A DNA stretch of 64,000 bases from Takakia lepidozioides. Taxonomy: Eukaryota; Plantae; Bryophyta. The notes below the pieces were generated by a model. The model made no database searches, had not been told where the DNA came from, and saw only the letters and a program-made list of their open reading frames with translations. The DNA is taken from contig CM060731.1 of NCBI GenBank assembly GCA_030704615.1, positions 81,592,001 through 81,656,000 of the forward strand. Direction: 5' to 3'. The translations under genes and the position numbers were made by a program. Positions 11,694 through 25,447 of the stretch are shown here, in pieces; position 1 is the stretch's first letter, and each line of letters starts with the position of its first letter.

Positions 11694-13952
11694 ATGTCTA
11701 TGATGGATGAGTGCGAGAGCGTTCGCGAGAGTGTTCGGGTGGCTTTGAGAACAAAGCTAGAGGAGGAAGCCGTCCGTCTGTTTAGAGATAAGGATTTGGA
11801 CGTGCTTGGAGAAAATGGATTCACTGATGCAAGACTATTTGCCATTGGTGATGAGGGAACTTTTGAAAAAGTTCTTCCTCGCCGACTTGCTTTGGTGCGA
11901 TTGCTCGTTAAGTCATTTGTACAGTCCCAGCCTCTTGAAGGTATGTTTGCTCTCTAGGGTTCTTTTTCTTTGGCATTAAAAGACAATTTGGCTGAACTAA
12001 GCAGTCTATCCGGAATACTTGGAAAGGATTCTTCCTCACAAGTTTAGGTAAAGTGGGTAAAGTGGGCGTACTCCTCGGGACATTTGGTCCCCCTTCCCAA
12101 GCTGAAGCCACCACAGGTATGTTAGGTCTGATTCATGTGCTTGAAGCCTCGGTAGCATTCATTCCCATTTCAATCGAGACTGTTTATCCTGTGAATTTCG
12201 TACCTCAAGGTTTTTGTACTTCACTTGTGAATTTGCGCTCTCTTGGCAACGAGGTGTGGTGTAAGTTTCTTCGTTGCGTTCACCCATCAGGGTGTCAGCT
12301 AGTGCGTCACGTGATGCAACTGTCGATGCAACTGTCGCATGTTGATGTCCAATCCAGCACCTTGGACATTTTATTTTGTCATTTCAGTGCATGTTCCACT
12401 ATGTTGATATCTTGTTTTGTTTTTACAAGCACCTGATCCTTGTGGTGGTCTGAGTTTCTCAGGGCTCTGCGGCCTGAGTTTGCTGATAGTGAGGTTCAAG
12501 TACTTAGAGTTTGTCGTCACCAGATCATTTGCTCCTTTTGAAGAGGAAATGATAATATTAGTTATGACTTCAGAATCCTTGGTTGATTATGATCTCAAAT
12601 GCCAATGAGCAGCTTGTCTTCTAATTCCTTCGTCAGGTACCCCCAGAGGTGACGATACTTTATCCATTCGGAAGAACATAGTTGAGCAGCGTGTGCAACT
12701 TTGCGGAGTGGATGAGCTGCAGGGATTGTTGAAAACTGAATTGAAGGATGGCTTACGATTTCCTGTTACTTTGAATATGTGGAACTCTTTGCCGACAAAC
12801 AGGGACAAGTTGTTCAAACTAGCTGGACCTGATGAAGAGTGTTATAAGATTGTTCCACTTGTGAATGCTATTGTGGACCCTCCAATGCCCGCACCCACAG
12901 CTGATACAGAAGATTCTTTTCACTACCTTTGGGACACTGTTATTGATGAATCACTTAAGTTTTTCTTTGATGGCCCTTGGCTAACAGAGCGAAACGAGTT
13001 TGGTGAAGGGAGTACTAGTGGAACAAGGCCCGACAAGGTCGTTAGGTTTGGTTTCGGGTTCTATGCTTTGTGGAGAGGGGAAGAGAAAGGCCCTACAATT
13101 GCTGGTGATCGAAGAAAGGAATTGATTTCGAAATTGGACTGGACGTATAAACATCTCCCCTTTCTCATGGCGTACTATGCGAAGGCAGCCCTAGTGACAT
13201 TCTCTACATGTGGTGGTGGATCCACATGGAGGATCCATGAAAATGTGCCGTGATCTCATTCAATTCAAGATATCAAAGGCAGAGGATCGACTTAAGCTTG
13301 TACTGGCCTGCATAACTATCGCGAAGTTGCTGAAAACAAGAGAAGATGTTTGCGTAAGAGAGGATGAAGTATCGGATATGCCTCTCATTTGGAGGAACAG
13401 TGGAAAAGTTATTCGTCCATCTGGGAGGAAGGTAGAGAAGACCTATCCAGATGAGGCTTTCTACAGGAAAGTTGTAGCCATCTATGAGGCGACGTCATCT
13501 TGTCCAAATGTGGAACATCTTATGCAGAGAAGGGATTCAAACCGAACTATTGTGGTGCAGAGGGCTGTGGTTGCAAAACCAAAGAACCATGACGAACTGA
13601 GGACCTGTCTCCGATGTTTGTGTGAAGCACTGCAGTGGTTGCACAAAAAAGGACTCGTGCACAGAGACATCAGGTGGGAAAATGTTCTTCGTGACAGGAA
13701 TAATGCTGAGAAATGGGTAATAAAGAGCGATCAGTGCTTCGAGCTCCACCCTCTAGATGCCAATTCACATGCTCCGGAGATGACAGTTGGGCCTCATGAT
13801 ACCATGGTTGACATCTGGGGCATTGGGTACCTTCTGTCTACTTCAAAAATAATTCTGGATGCAAAGCTTTTGGGTTTGATGGAGAAATGAAAGCATCAGG
13901 TGCCAGACCAAAGGCAACTGCAGCAGAGTGTCTGGAGTTGCTTGATGCATGA
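11694..13952 (+). pseudogene. Crinkler(CRN)-like protein: small N-terminal helical domain, REase-like domain and protein kinase; disrupted
   Basis: Exon 11694-11941 and exon from 12637 join in phase 1. TEDSFHYLWD…RN…TSGTRPD…WRGEEK…ELISKLDWTY…YYA, then LQWLHKKGLVHRDIRWENV…HAPEM…VDIWGIG. Frameshift ~13205, DFG-equivalent absent, stop at 13888. Confidence 0.75.
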
Positions 13953-14980
13953 TATGTAGTCTGGTAACAGATGCAGAACTTTAGGAAGCTGAGGTCTTCT
14001 TGGCGGTTTATTAGGAAGCTGAAGTCTTGTTTAGACTCAAATCTTCTTGGTGGTTTATTAGGAAGCTTAAGTCGAAGCAGAGGTGCTACTGCCCAGAGCT
14101 ATGTTGATCACCTTCAATGGCTTCCTGCTTCCTTTGGCGCAGAATCTCGGTCTGTTTACTCCCGACACTTGCGCCTTCCCATCGCACTCAATAGACGGCC
14201 ACAGTTCTGTCCGGATAAAGATATAAATTTCGTCCGAATGCCCTTGTGGACATAAGGTGCCATGAGTAAGATTCTGTCGCGTAAGGTGCCCTCTGAGTAC
14301 ACTAACAAATTTTTGCCGGGTCTTTAGTCTTTACGTCACGTGGTAGAGCGTTACACTCCGTGTGTGTACGAGTCTGTCTGCTCAAACACAAGCGAGTGTG
14401 AAACGCTGTTGGCGAAGCTGTCCCCTCTCTGTCTCTCTGTCTCTGGGTTTCTGCCAAGTGGAAGGAGCCCTTGCCGGCTGCTGCAGGAGTTGAAAGGCCT
14501 CGCGTGTATTTAGAGCACCAGCCTGCAATGCTTGTTATTGCGTTTGTGCTGACTCTGTTGTGAGCACAAGAGGACTTTTGGAGGGTGGAAAATTGAGATT
14601 TCGGAAGTTGGCACTGGTGATCTTCACAGGACTGCTCAACATTCCTGCTCTTTACTTGGCTGTGTGGGGATGGGTGAAGCATCCGTTGCCAGCAAGGAAC
14701 ATGCGAGTGTGCAACACTCTCAAGTCAGTGTTGCAAGAGTTAACCCCTGAATTTTACTGTTGGTTGGCATTTTGTCACTTGTTAATTGTCAAATTTCAAT
14801 GGAATCACGAATGCAATGAAAAAACATATGTTTCACATCATATATGAATCATTTCATGGCCACAAGAAACTTGAAAATCATCTCAATGCGTAATTTCAAA
14901 ATGTCATAGTGCTTTTATAACCACGCGAGAAAATTGGGTACAATCTAAAATTGTAACTCCATGAACCATCATGCTATAGG

Positions 14981-15600
14981 GTGTTGGCAAAGCATTGGAC
15001 CGAGCAAGAACGGGAGCAAGTGAACTCTTTGATTCGTTACCGCCGCCACCAGAGTAAATTGGCTTGGGCACTGCCGAGCATTATGGATAGTGTTCATAAG
15101 AATCGCATCATGCACAATGACCTTTCACCGAGTAATATTTTGTTGCATTTCCCAGATAGTACCGACCAGGTGTATATCTGGGTGTGTGATTGGGGAATGG
15201 CAACCTCCACGGAGGCAGCGAAGATATCTCCATATCTTTTTGAAACTACCAGCAAAATGAAGGAGGAATTGCATCGGCGTTGGTGGGTGGCGCCAGAGAT
15301 TGCTATGGTCCACGCGACAACAAACAATTTGGTGGATGGCACACCGCGAAGGCCCACCCAGAGCATGGCTTCCGAAACATTTGATGTTGGTAAGATAGCA
15401 CACAAAATCAATGGTGGCAGTCATTACGATGGGAGTGCGTTTGAGGATAAATTCATGGCATAGTGTTTTGCTCTTGCTCTAGAGCAGCTATGCGATGTTG
15501 TTCAGGAGACTCGACCGACATTGAGCGCCATAATGCGACATTTCATGTCGCCACCATTCAATTATATGGAGCCTCACGATTGCTATAGGAAGGACATGTT
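14981..15600 (+). pseudogene. Ser/Thr kinase C-lobe fragment associated with a CACTA end
   Basis: IMHNDLSPSNILLHF…VCDWGMA…WWVAPE…ETFDVG; in-frame TAG at 15461, then a frameshifted ALEQLCD…ETRPTLS remnant. Confidence 0.75.
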
Positions 15601-15699
15601 GTATGCAATTTTACAAGCGCCCCGTAGGCGGGGGCATAAGAGTGTGGCATGGTGCCAAGGTGTTTAAACAGGTAATACGAGGGGTCAGATCTCGAGGGG

Positions 15700-16534
15700 T
15701 CAGATCTCCAGTTATTGTTTGGGTGAGTTGCGAGTGATTGGGGAATGTGAAAAAAAAAAAAAAAAAAAAACAAACAACCGCCAGCAATGGCGGTCGTTTA
15801 ATTTACATATAAAATAATAACAACTTCTACCATACTTGCAGTCGCTTCATTTACATAACAAAAAAATAGAAGTGGTTGACATTCTTATATTTGATTTTTT
15901 TATTTTTTATTTATTAAAATCGAGACTGCTACGGCTCAGATCACTGATGCCAACCACTGAAGATGCCAATGGCTCACATCACTAATGTCAGTGGCTGGGA
16001 GCCATGATGCCAGCAGCTCAGATCACTGATGCAGTGGTTGGGAGCCACGATCCCAGCGGCTAGGAGCGAGATTCCATATTCGGCACTGATTCCTCCGTTG
16101 ATCACCTCTTCTCATTCCTCCTCCGATCCCTCTCCGTACACCTCATGCATGCGACAATATAGAATGACCAGCCACCCACTTCCCCCTCGTTGTATACTTA
16201 TAAAGACACGACGAGTTGGCATCGTAGCTAGGAGAGAACGACGGGCTGCGAGGCGAGATTGGGGGGGGATTATAAGGGTACCACAAGGGAATTTATGGCT
16301 AAGTTTGAGGACTTTTCGCCAAAGTTTGCAAAGACCACCATTTTTGAGCGTTTTGGGCGTCCGTGGACACAAAAATTCAATCCTAGGGAAATTTGGAGCC
16401 TAAAATATGTAGGAGCGCCCTAGGACAGCTGGTAGGATGAATAGTGCCACCTACCAACCAAGAATGGACAATATATTTCCTCATCCATAAGAATGCGATA
16501 TTCCATCCAATCATTTTTTAGTGTTTTTCTAGTG
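15700..16534 (-). mobile_element. CACTA-type terminus with subterminal minisatellite
   Basis: Ends …TTTTTCTAGTG at 16534 (CACTAGAAAAA on -); GCTCAGATCACTGATGC-type repeats at 15930-16040. Confidence 0.5.
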
Positions 16535-16885
16535 GCAGTCCCAATTATTTATTTATTTATTAAAATCGGTCCAAATTAGGGCTTGCATGTATTCCATGCA
16601 CATGATCGAAAGTCCGAGACAAGTCATTTCTGCAGTTTCTTCGAGGGCAAGTCGCAAGAGCCATGTGCAGGTGGGGAGAACTCCCTCAATCTCTAGCTTG
16701 CTAGATCTCTCTCAGTCACCTGTGTCATCAGCACCAAGGCATGGGCACCAAGGAATTGAACTTCTCGCTGTAGGAAAGGGAAATGATAATATATACTCAA
16801 TACCGTTGTCAAGCTGATCTGTGTATATTTCATATAATAATGATATCGAAACTCAATGAGACTGTTGAACTGTACTGTGGAACTG

Positions 16886-19800
16886 CTATTCAGTTGATAA
16901 ACTGACGTTGAATAGATAAATCAAGTGCGCAATTGATACCAACAATAGAATAGCTACAAGCCTGCAAAGAGAGGGGGCAAGGTGAAGGAAGGAGGTGGGG
17001 GAATGCCTGCTAGCCCAATCAGCTGCCGAATTGTCAAAATGAGGGTTGTTTTTGAACTCCAAATAAAGAGAGAACATAATGTGGAGTGATTCTACGCGGC
17101 TCTTATACCTGGACATCCCATGCTAGCATTTTCCTGGATCAGAGTTAGTGATTGTGGTGTTATCTCACAAAAAAAGACTACTGAGCTCTGCCCATATGTC
17201 TTACATTTCAATTTGCTCAGACTAAAGACCTGGGCACCTACGTTGCTCTTGTTTGAGTTCCTGTGTCTAGGTGTGCACAGGTATCACATAACGAAAAATG
17301 ACAAGTCAATCTGAGACCATGCAGGTGACCCTGAGAAAGATTTGGGCAAAGATCAGATTGTTGAAAATTTACTAATGCGAAGTTATAAACACCATTAGTG
17401 ATTCAGGACATTGAACCCTTGATATCAGCACCCTTACCATGCCAAACCAGAAAATGGAGGCTACGGTTCTGTCATGCCAGGGGAGTGCACTCACACAGGG
17501 ATATCAAGAACGGAGCAGCAAATGTCAGTGAAGGTGGCAAGGTCCACATCCAGTTTGGAAGATGGCAGCTTGATCTCACCGAGCACTTTCTCTATCTCTG
17601 GTGGCCACCCCTGCACAGTTGCAAGAACAAGCCTAGAAAATGTTTGTACAGTGAAGCCATCAAAACAAGTGGCACTCCACGCTATGGTAATCCTAGTTTA
17701 CTTAAGACCAGTCAATATGTCGCCATTTCAAGACCAGGGGACTTCATCGACACCGTTTCCAAGAGTTGGGTCCCATACATAGTACTGTGTCCAATGAACT
17801 CTTCAAACGTGATAAAATAGTTGGAGTTTTCCCGCTTAAGTTGACCTTAGCATACATGTAACATTTCTAACACTAAAGATCCAAAAGATGCTCTGGTTCA
17901 AGCCTTGCTAACTTCTCAATTTAAAATGGTGGTATACCTGCACAATTTCCAGATGTGTACATACACCAAAGCCCGGTTGCACTTTGTTCTGGGATTTAAT
18001 ATGATGATCCAATTGTCTAGCAGTTGGTCCATGTGAATTATAGCTATGTGGTACCTTGAGGGCACTAGAGTCACCATGGATCAATAACCCTCCTGGAGCT
18101 GGTCCTGGGGACTTCACCCACCAGGATATGTAACTCAGCCCAAATTATTCTGCTACTCATGCAGAGTTTCAAGATGGTAGTTTAATCTCACCACATTGAG
18201 TTTCATCATTGCCACTACATCCGTCTCCTTTTTAATATGGATGTCATATAGGTGGGAGTAGGAACCAGACCAAGACAATTTTATGTGTAGTTTGCAGATA
18301 GGATAGATCATACATGTACCTGCATGAGCTTTTCGATGTCAGGCATAGGTTTCGAGTAGTTGACAGACGGCAGGGGCTTTGTACGGTGCAGATCCTTAAT
18401 GCTATTGATCCAGGCATCCAACTTTTTGGGGTGCTTGTCAACATTCTCAATGGAAGCTACCTGGATAAAACTACATGGTCAAAGTAAGCCCATAAACACC
18501 AAAAATTCGACATGTGGTCTATGATACTTAAATATCCGCACTTCCCCTTTCTTTCATCTCTCTAACTCAAGTAACTCTGTCTCATATTGAGTGGAATACC
18601 TTCTTCCAAGCTACCGAAGCTGCTATTGCACAGCCTCTCACTCAGATCAGTAATTAAGATCTGTCAAATTACAATGAAATTTAGATTCATAGCATCATAT
18701 TGAATGTGAATACACTTGAAGTTACTCAAGAGCTTCCAGATAATGCCCAAAGCTGTCGCCCTTCTGGGGCTAGAGTAAGGGGAACTTAAGAGTTTTTGGC
18801 AGATCTTTTGAAGCAAACCCACCCCGAAACCACGTTTAGTAAAGCTTGCTTCTAACAATGGTAAGCGCCTTGTTCTACTCAATGTTTGATTCTCTCCTCC
18901 TGTCCATTTCCTACAGTTTCAACAGGGAACGGGGTCCTTGGACGTCCAGCACTACCCACAACAAGCACAGAGTACCGGCCAAATTTTGGTTTTCCTGAGT
19001 TTTAAACAACATCATGAAGAACACCTCAAGAGGATGGAGGCTGGATTGCATGGAGGTAGAGCGTAGCTGCAGGGATAACACTGCTGGATCACTTTGCTTC
19101 GGACCATCTTCATCCAGGACCTGACCACATTACCACTTGAACTTAGGTGTAATTAAGTCTTGCACTGAACACCTAACATATGTGGCAACAGATATAAAGA
19201 GACATACTAGCTGGACCTACATAATAGTTCATGTGTACTGAATCCCCTATTTCCCCTTGCTGTTATCAAGTTCGATTGTCTTAATTTCTCTTCAAAAGTA
19301 GTCTAAGTTAGAAGTGCAAAAACCAGGATTAGACGAAAGATGTGCAGGATGGTTGAGCAACCTTTAAGCCAAGATAGTCAGGCAATCCATCAGGACGAGG
19401 CACTTTGATGAATTCATCAACACTGCCCAGAGCAGGTATGAAATCCGGGAGGAAAGGCTTCAATAGAGTGCCAATCTCTACATCCTGTGGCTTGTAGTGT
19501 CCAATATATTGGAGAAGTCCCCTTATCTCCTCACTTACCTGCACAGTTGCTTTCCCATTGGTTTGTGACCATGGACATAATTGTTTTTCAAAGGTGGAGA
19601 GAGAGACACACACAGAGACAGACAGAGAGTGAACAAATCGCTAGAGTCTTCACTATTAATTAAATAAAGATTTGACTCGAAGGTAACTCCATCTTCTTAT
19701 ATCCATGTCAACTCCACATGGGTGGATACCACCTGAACGACATGATGCTGCCCACCCACAAGTATGAGCCTAAATGAACGTTAGCCGGGGCAACTAGCCT

Positions 19801-21508
19801 TGATCCTTTTGAGTTGAGCATAACCTGTTTTGTTACAATAAGCTGCACTGCCTGACAGAAAAAAAGAATGAGGGAATCACTTGAATGTGATCAAACTCTG
19901 AGGACTGATCAAAGATGTCATTAGCAGACCCCTTAATCAGGCTTGAAGGTCGTGGCTTTGAAGCAGGTGATACTGTTACATCATCAAAGCTTCCGTGGAC
20001 CACGTAATCTCGTTGCCGCAACGTTCGGGATATGTCATCTGTGCCTAATGAAGCGAAGGCATCGAGAGTGTCTGCATCACTGGCACCAATGCAATTATTG
20101 TGTTGGAACAAATTGCACGTGTGTCTACACACAGTGCCTTCTACACATACTAGGCTGATCCACATACGTACACCCTTTTTTATCCTTGACCCCACTTTTT
20201 ATGTCATTCTAGAGCTTCATTCCCTACTGCAGCGGTCAGTGGCCAACATTCGACAAACGGAAGATGGTACCATGGCCATACCTGATAGTGTTTGCTGAGT
20301 TCAATCTGCCAGTCTGCAACATAAAAAACACGTTGTCGGGTCTCTCTCATCAAACCAAAGGAAATAGAGACTCAAATGCCGAAAGATCATTCGGTCACTG
20401 TTAGCACCTCGTTAGCACTAATCCCACACAACATCAGCAGCAGAACATGCACCATCCATGCCTACCGAAGTGCACACATATTTCACATAGTTCAACTCTA
20501 GCTTCCCAACCTTCTTCAAAACAATTTTGAGAGATTTCAGAGCACGAGAGAGGCACGAGAGTCCTTGTGGCATCTACCCCAGGCCGATAGGCAGAGGGGG
20601 GCCGTGCGAAAATATCGGAGCCAGAAGTTTGTTGCGCGGACCTTCTACTCATGACCCTGTCCCCTGCAGCACTCATCTCCATCAAAACTGAATTTCTTAG
20701 ACCCAAACAGAAGGTATGCTGGAAATTCCCAACAAAATGTAAACTAAGCGACCCAATATGACACCGAAAGGATTCAAGTTAAGGGATATCATGTTCACAT
20801 GATCAAACTAAAAATAACGGTGGCAGATTGCATTCTCAACAGAGAAGTGGGATTAGCATTTGAGCACCTGCTCGGGACATGATACTTCTTTGCATGTTTA
20901 AACTGTGTGGCACCTGGTCTGTGTTACTCGCGGGTGAGTGTGGACTTGATGTATTCGAAAACTGCAACCAAAAAATCCCACTTAGAACATTGAAGCATAT
21001 AAGCTAGTTTCCGAATCTATTCAACTTGTGATTCCGCACGTTTTGGCAATCTGAAGTGAATGTTACAACTCATTTTGAACACACACATGTTCCGGACATG
21101 TTCAACATCGAGCCTGCAATTAAGATTGCAAGTGAATTGTGATTGCACATGGATCAATCTGATGAAGAGGTTACTTGGTGGAGAGAGTAGGTTTTCTTGG
21201 AATCTGCAAACAGACAAACAAACAGGTTATGATGTGCAATATTTAACCCCAACAAGTGGACCTTACCTCAATTCACAGAGTAAGATACGCCAACTAGTGG
21301 GGAGGGATTGAAGGGTCCCCAACTGATTTACAGACAAGATATAAGAACTTTAACTCCCGAAATCCATCTATCTTCACCAATGCAATCTCAAGGTAGCTAG
21401 GATGTCTATGCGGTTCTGTACCAAATCCTCATCGTCTTGCATTTTGAGATCCAAGCCGGATGTAAGGTCGGAAGTCATGCCCGATCCCTTGTCGCCGGCT
21501 CTGACCAT
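16886..21508 (-). CDS. IFT46: Intraflagellar transport protein 46 (multi-exon)
   Basis: Exons ~19881-20080 (…FDQSSEFDHIQ), ~19362-19538 (VSEEIRGLLQYIGHYKPQ…FIKVPRPDG), ~19025-19120 (VLDEDGPKQSDPAVL), 18320-18460 (SIENVDKHPKKLDAWI…MPDIEKLMQ), 17495-17610 (WPPEIEK…CCSVLDIPV) and from 17108 (YKSRVESLHIMFSLYLEFKNNPHF); GT-AG and in phase. The 5' exons and exact stop are tentative. Confidence 0.9.
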
Positions 21509-21929
21509 TTAGTCACCCACAAACGAGTTCGCAGATGTTTCTCACCGAAAAACAAATGATCGATTCACATGATCCCATGATATTCTTGTTTGTGTAAAGA
21601 CAATAATGATCCATCGATAAATCCATGCCTTTCATCTTTCAATCCTCTGTCTCTCTCTCGAGTGATCTGTAAATCTTTGGGTAGTCATCTTCCCCTTCCA
21701 GTCTCTAATCCCCAACTACCAAAGTAAAATTGGTTCCTGAAGATAGTTTTGAATGATCTTTGAATACCACAAACAAAACAAGAATACATAAGATTCGGGG
21801 CTTAAGAAGTCTGGTTAGTTACAATAACTAACAGTTTTTACTACAATTAAAATTCCAATTCTGGTCCCAATTCTTTTAAAACAATTATTAGCTCTTAGTA
21901 TTCCCAACTTTATCCAAGAAAAGACCGTC

Positions 21930-22500
21930 AACTCTGGCTGCCGGATTTAATCCTTTAAAATTTTATATAAATATAAATTAAAAATGGGATATGTCAACTC
22001 TGACAAACCCAATATTATCCAGAATAATAACTATAATAATAATAATAATAATAAATACAAATACAAATCGCAATGCTAGAGTTGAAGATCTTGTAATATT
22101 TTCTAAAAAAGGGAACTGCTAGAGTTGGATGTCCCAAATTTATTAAATAACTTTTTGAAAATCGGGATAGCCCGAGCTGACGGTCTCGAATTATCAAATA
22201 TTTTCTTGAACGATCAACATCGTCAGAGGTGACGGTCTCGATTTATTAAAGATATATTCAAAATTGGAACCGCCTGAGCTGGCGCTTCTTATTTATAAAA
22301 TATTTTTATTGAAAATCGGGATCGGTAGCGGTCCCGCAAATATTAAATATCTTCTTAAAGTTGGGACTGCCAAAGCTGGCAGCACCGATTTATTAAATAT
22401 TTTTTTGAAAATTTTGGGACCGTTAGATCTTGCAATCCCAATTTTTTCTGAAAATGTATTTTTGAAATTTCGGACTGCGAGATATGACATGCTTGGTACG
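21930..22500. repeat. AT-rich array with recurrent GGGACCG-N-AG…CGGTCCC imperfect palindromes
   Basis: About 50-nt units; the same family recurs at 50210-50350 and 51270-51420. Confidence 0.6.
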
Positions 22501-23298
22501 TGCTTGGCTTACGTACTTGTATCATGAACCATGAAATATAAAAGTTATTTTTAAAAAACATTACACAATGTAAAGTTAATTTCTGAGGTGGCATCACGGA
22601 ACGTGACTTCGGACGTGACCTTCACGTGTTAGCGCCACATCATTTTGTGCAATTATATAGCCTCATTGGAACATGCTAGTAAATATAGTCTAGTTATGCT
22701 ATTCAATTTCTCCACAAATGGAGAGTCACTGGTAATGAAGTTAGTAGAGGAATTTCATCAAATATATATTGTCCGAATTTTTCTTCTATGCAGGCTGCAG
22801 AAGAGTCACTTTTAGTCATAAAGAGAAAAGCTTATCAAAAATCTGCTAGACCTTGTTATTGGTGAGATTATTTGCAAGTAAAATGCCTCATTGGTTAATA
22901 TCATAGAAAATATATGTTTGGCCAAGGCGCATGAGACTTTCTATATGAGTATCTTCGGAGGCTACATGTTATTTGCTAACAATTCTTTTTGCAAAGCCCT
23001 CAACAAGCATTACAGAATGTAGTGTAAAGATAGACGGAGAAAATCAAATGTTGTAAATGTGACTCACAATGTCTTAGCCTGTTAGCATGCATGTCAATAA
23101 ACATAGTTCACTTCAAACTATTCAATTTAATCTCAGCAAATAGAAAGCCAATGTTAATGGAGTTAATAGAGAAATACCAGTAAACATATGTTTGTCTGGG
23201 TCATTTTTCTTTCTGTGAAGGCCACGTGAAGAGTCGCTTCTAATGTGTTTGTGTTTGCTTAGAAGATCATAATTATGTACATATTTTATTTATGAGAG

Positions 23299-23860
23299 TG
23301 TTACACAAGTTAATCACATGTTTGACTTAAAACTTACACATGTTAGCGATCTCTCAAAGCATGAAGCAATCACACTAAGAACAAGCCCTAGTCCTTCCAA
23401 GTGAAATCCACTCTATCACATAAACTAAGTCAAGCCAAGGGCACCCTTCTTAAAGGAATCCACCCTACAAAGCCCTCAACACACTCCCTCTCAATACCTA
23501 GAGCTATGGAGGTGAGAGAGGCTCATGGAGGCTCAACTACAAGAAGTTGAGCCCTCCTCAACACTCATAGGGGAAAATCCTTTTCCCATGTTCCAAGTGA
23601 GGTTTGACACCTCACTTGGCATATGAGACAAAATGAAGTCCTAACACACAAAATACAAATATAAATATCCAAAATGTCCTAGTTCACTAGAAGTAGGTAA
23701 TTCTAGTTAACCATGACTAAAACCATGACAAGCATGTAGCCCAGTGGTAATGGGCACATACCACGTTGGATGTGGTTGTGGGTTCAAACCACCGTCTGGT
23801 GTGTCATGAAGGTGTCCACCTTCCTGCTGGAAGGCAATAGCCTTTCGGGGTCAGGTGACA
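23299..23860. mobile_element. Solo-LTR-like segment
   Basis: Bounded by TGTTACAC…GTGACA (TG…CA); no TSD match. Confidence 0.3.
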
Positions 23861-24308
23861 TCATAAGTTACGCTCCCTTCGGGAGACGTCATACTTTTTT
23901 TTATCACTACATTCAAGCGAATCCTCCTGTTGCATGGTGGAAAAAGGTTTACAGTGGAGGTGTCGCTATCACTTCATGCGTTCATTCTACCCTGCTACAG
24001 AGCTCTTCTTGCCTAGATTTTCTGTTGTCGAACTATATCTTAGAGGGCCCCCGCAACAGTGTGTGGCACCGCACACTATATCTGCCCTCATTTTCCATTA
24101 CTACGTGCCTTCTCTTTCTGCTACACAAGAAAGTCATATTGTGGAGAATATGTCAAACCTAGGAAGGTTGACTTTAGGAAGTTTTGACTTGAGGCTCTCA
24201 AGTCAAACCTTTAAAATAATCATATTGTGAAGGGTATATAAACCTGCAATGAAGGCATCCAGTGTTTTGGGAAAAAATTGACAAACGCTTTAATTATAGT
24301 TTGTGTAG

Positions 24309-24734
24309 ATCCTGGGTATTACAGCCACTCCTAACAACTCCACTGCCATCATCATTGAAGAAGACATTCTCGGGGTTAGAACCCAGACATCAACTAACGC
24401 GTTTGGCGCTACATGCCTGGATACGTACTACCTTTGCAAATGGGCCGGTTTTTCCTCAGATGACAACACTTGGCAAATTGAGGACGACCTCTTTGGTTCA
24501 CACGACGACTGTAACCTCATCCATAACCTTGCATTCCTTATTGTGTTCCATAAACGTACCAACATTAACTACCTGACACACACTCACCAACAACATGTCT
24601 TCCATGCACAACTCACAGATGCCCGCAATATTCCCTACCTGCTCGTCATTCCTCACATTCACATCAATACTACCGAATGTAACCCTGATAAAGACATTGC
24701 CCACGACTCCCCCTTAATCTGTCAGGGCCCTTAG
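24309..24734 (+). pseudogene. Chromodomain-containing open frame lacking an ATG (retroelement-derived?)
   Basis: IEEDILGVR…TYYLCKWAGFSSDDNTWQIEDDL fits the chromodomain pattern YLVKWxGY…NTWEPEENL; the frame stays open to TAG at 24732. Confidence 0.65.
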
Positions 24735-25447
24735 TGGTAAGATATCTACGCCCACAACGGCCGATACATTGGCCTAATCCCCAATTATCAAATGACCTGG
24801 TGCAAACAATGTTGTAGTCTTAGAATATAATTCAAACTTCAATTGATTATCTATAAATTGTAACTAGACAATGGAGGATTGCAATGATTTCACCATTCAC
24901 ACAAATGAAAATGCAATCAATGAATTGAAAATAATCTAGCACAATATAAGATAGCTAGTTTTCCAGTGAATTCAGTGATTTTAGTTGTAAACCAATTAGC
25001 TGAAAGTTTTGCACACTTGTTCTTTGGTGAAGCTGTATATAGAGCCTAAAGACAGAATGGAGCAAATTGCATGTCAAAGCCACTTGGTTTTGTATAATGT
25101 ATGATAGCCCATGTTGTAAATATATAAGTATTATGCCACTGCTGCTATTTCCAGTTCACCATGTACCCATTCAAGTTTCCTTGGGGCTGTGTTGATTAGC
25201 CAGCTCAAAACCAATGGGTAGCTTCTCCATATGGTATGAAAAGAATAAAGTGATTAACTATCGAGTTTGAATTAGCCTTCCACTTGCAGTCTCCAAAGTC
25301 TAGCTTGATCCCACACCATCTTGCGTATATCCTGTCATGTACCACCAGGGCAGTATTGAAAATGACATTTGATACAAATCCAGCTTTGACAACATGAGCA
25401 TTCAGAACCTATTTGTCTTTTTGCAGGGCTGTCAGATTTACACATGT

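Noticed and set aside
11694-13952. Recent horizontal transfer or contamination from an oomycete/fungus
   Set aside because: The gene has host-like introns and is embedded in plant sequence, and CRN-like genes are known in seed-free plants; the claim needs phylogeny.
17230-17312. IDLS…IPVH-like text suggesting a damaged IFT46 exon
   Set aside because: The real in-phase exon is 17495-17610; this is intronic coincidence.
22660-23245. Diverged direct repeat (~22670-22815 versus ~23085-23243)
   Set aside because: Old AT-rich duplication with no coding or terminal signature.
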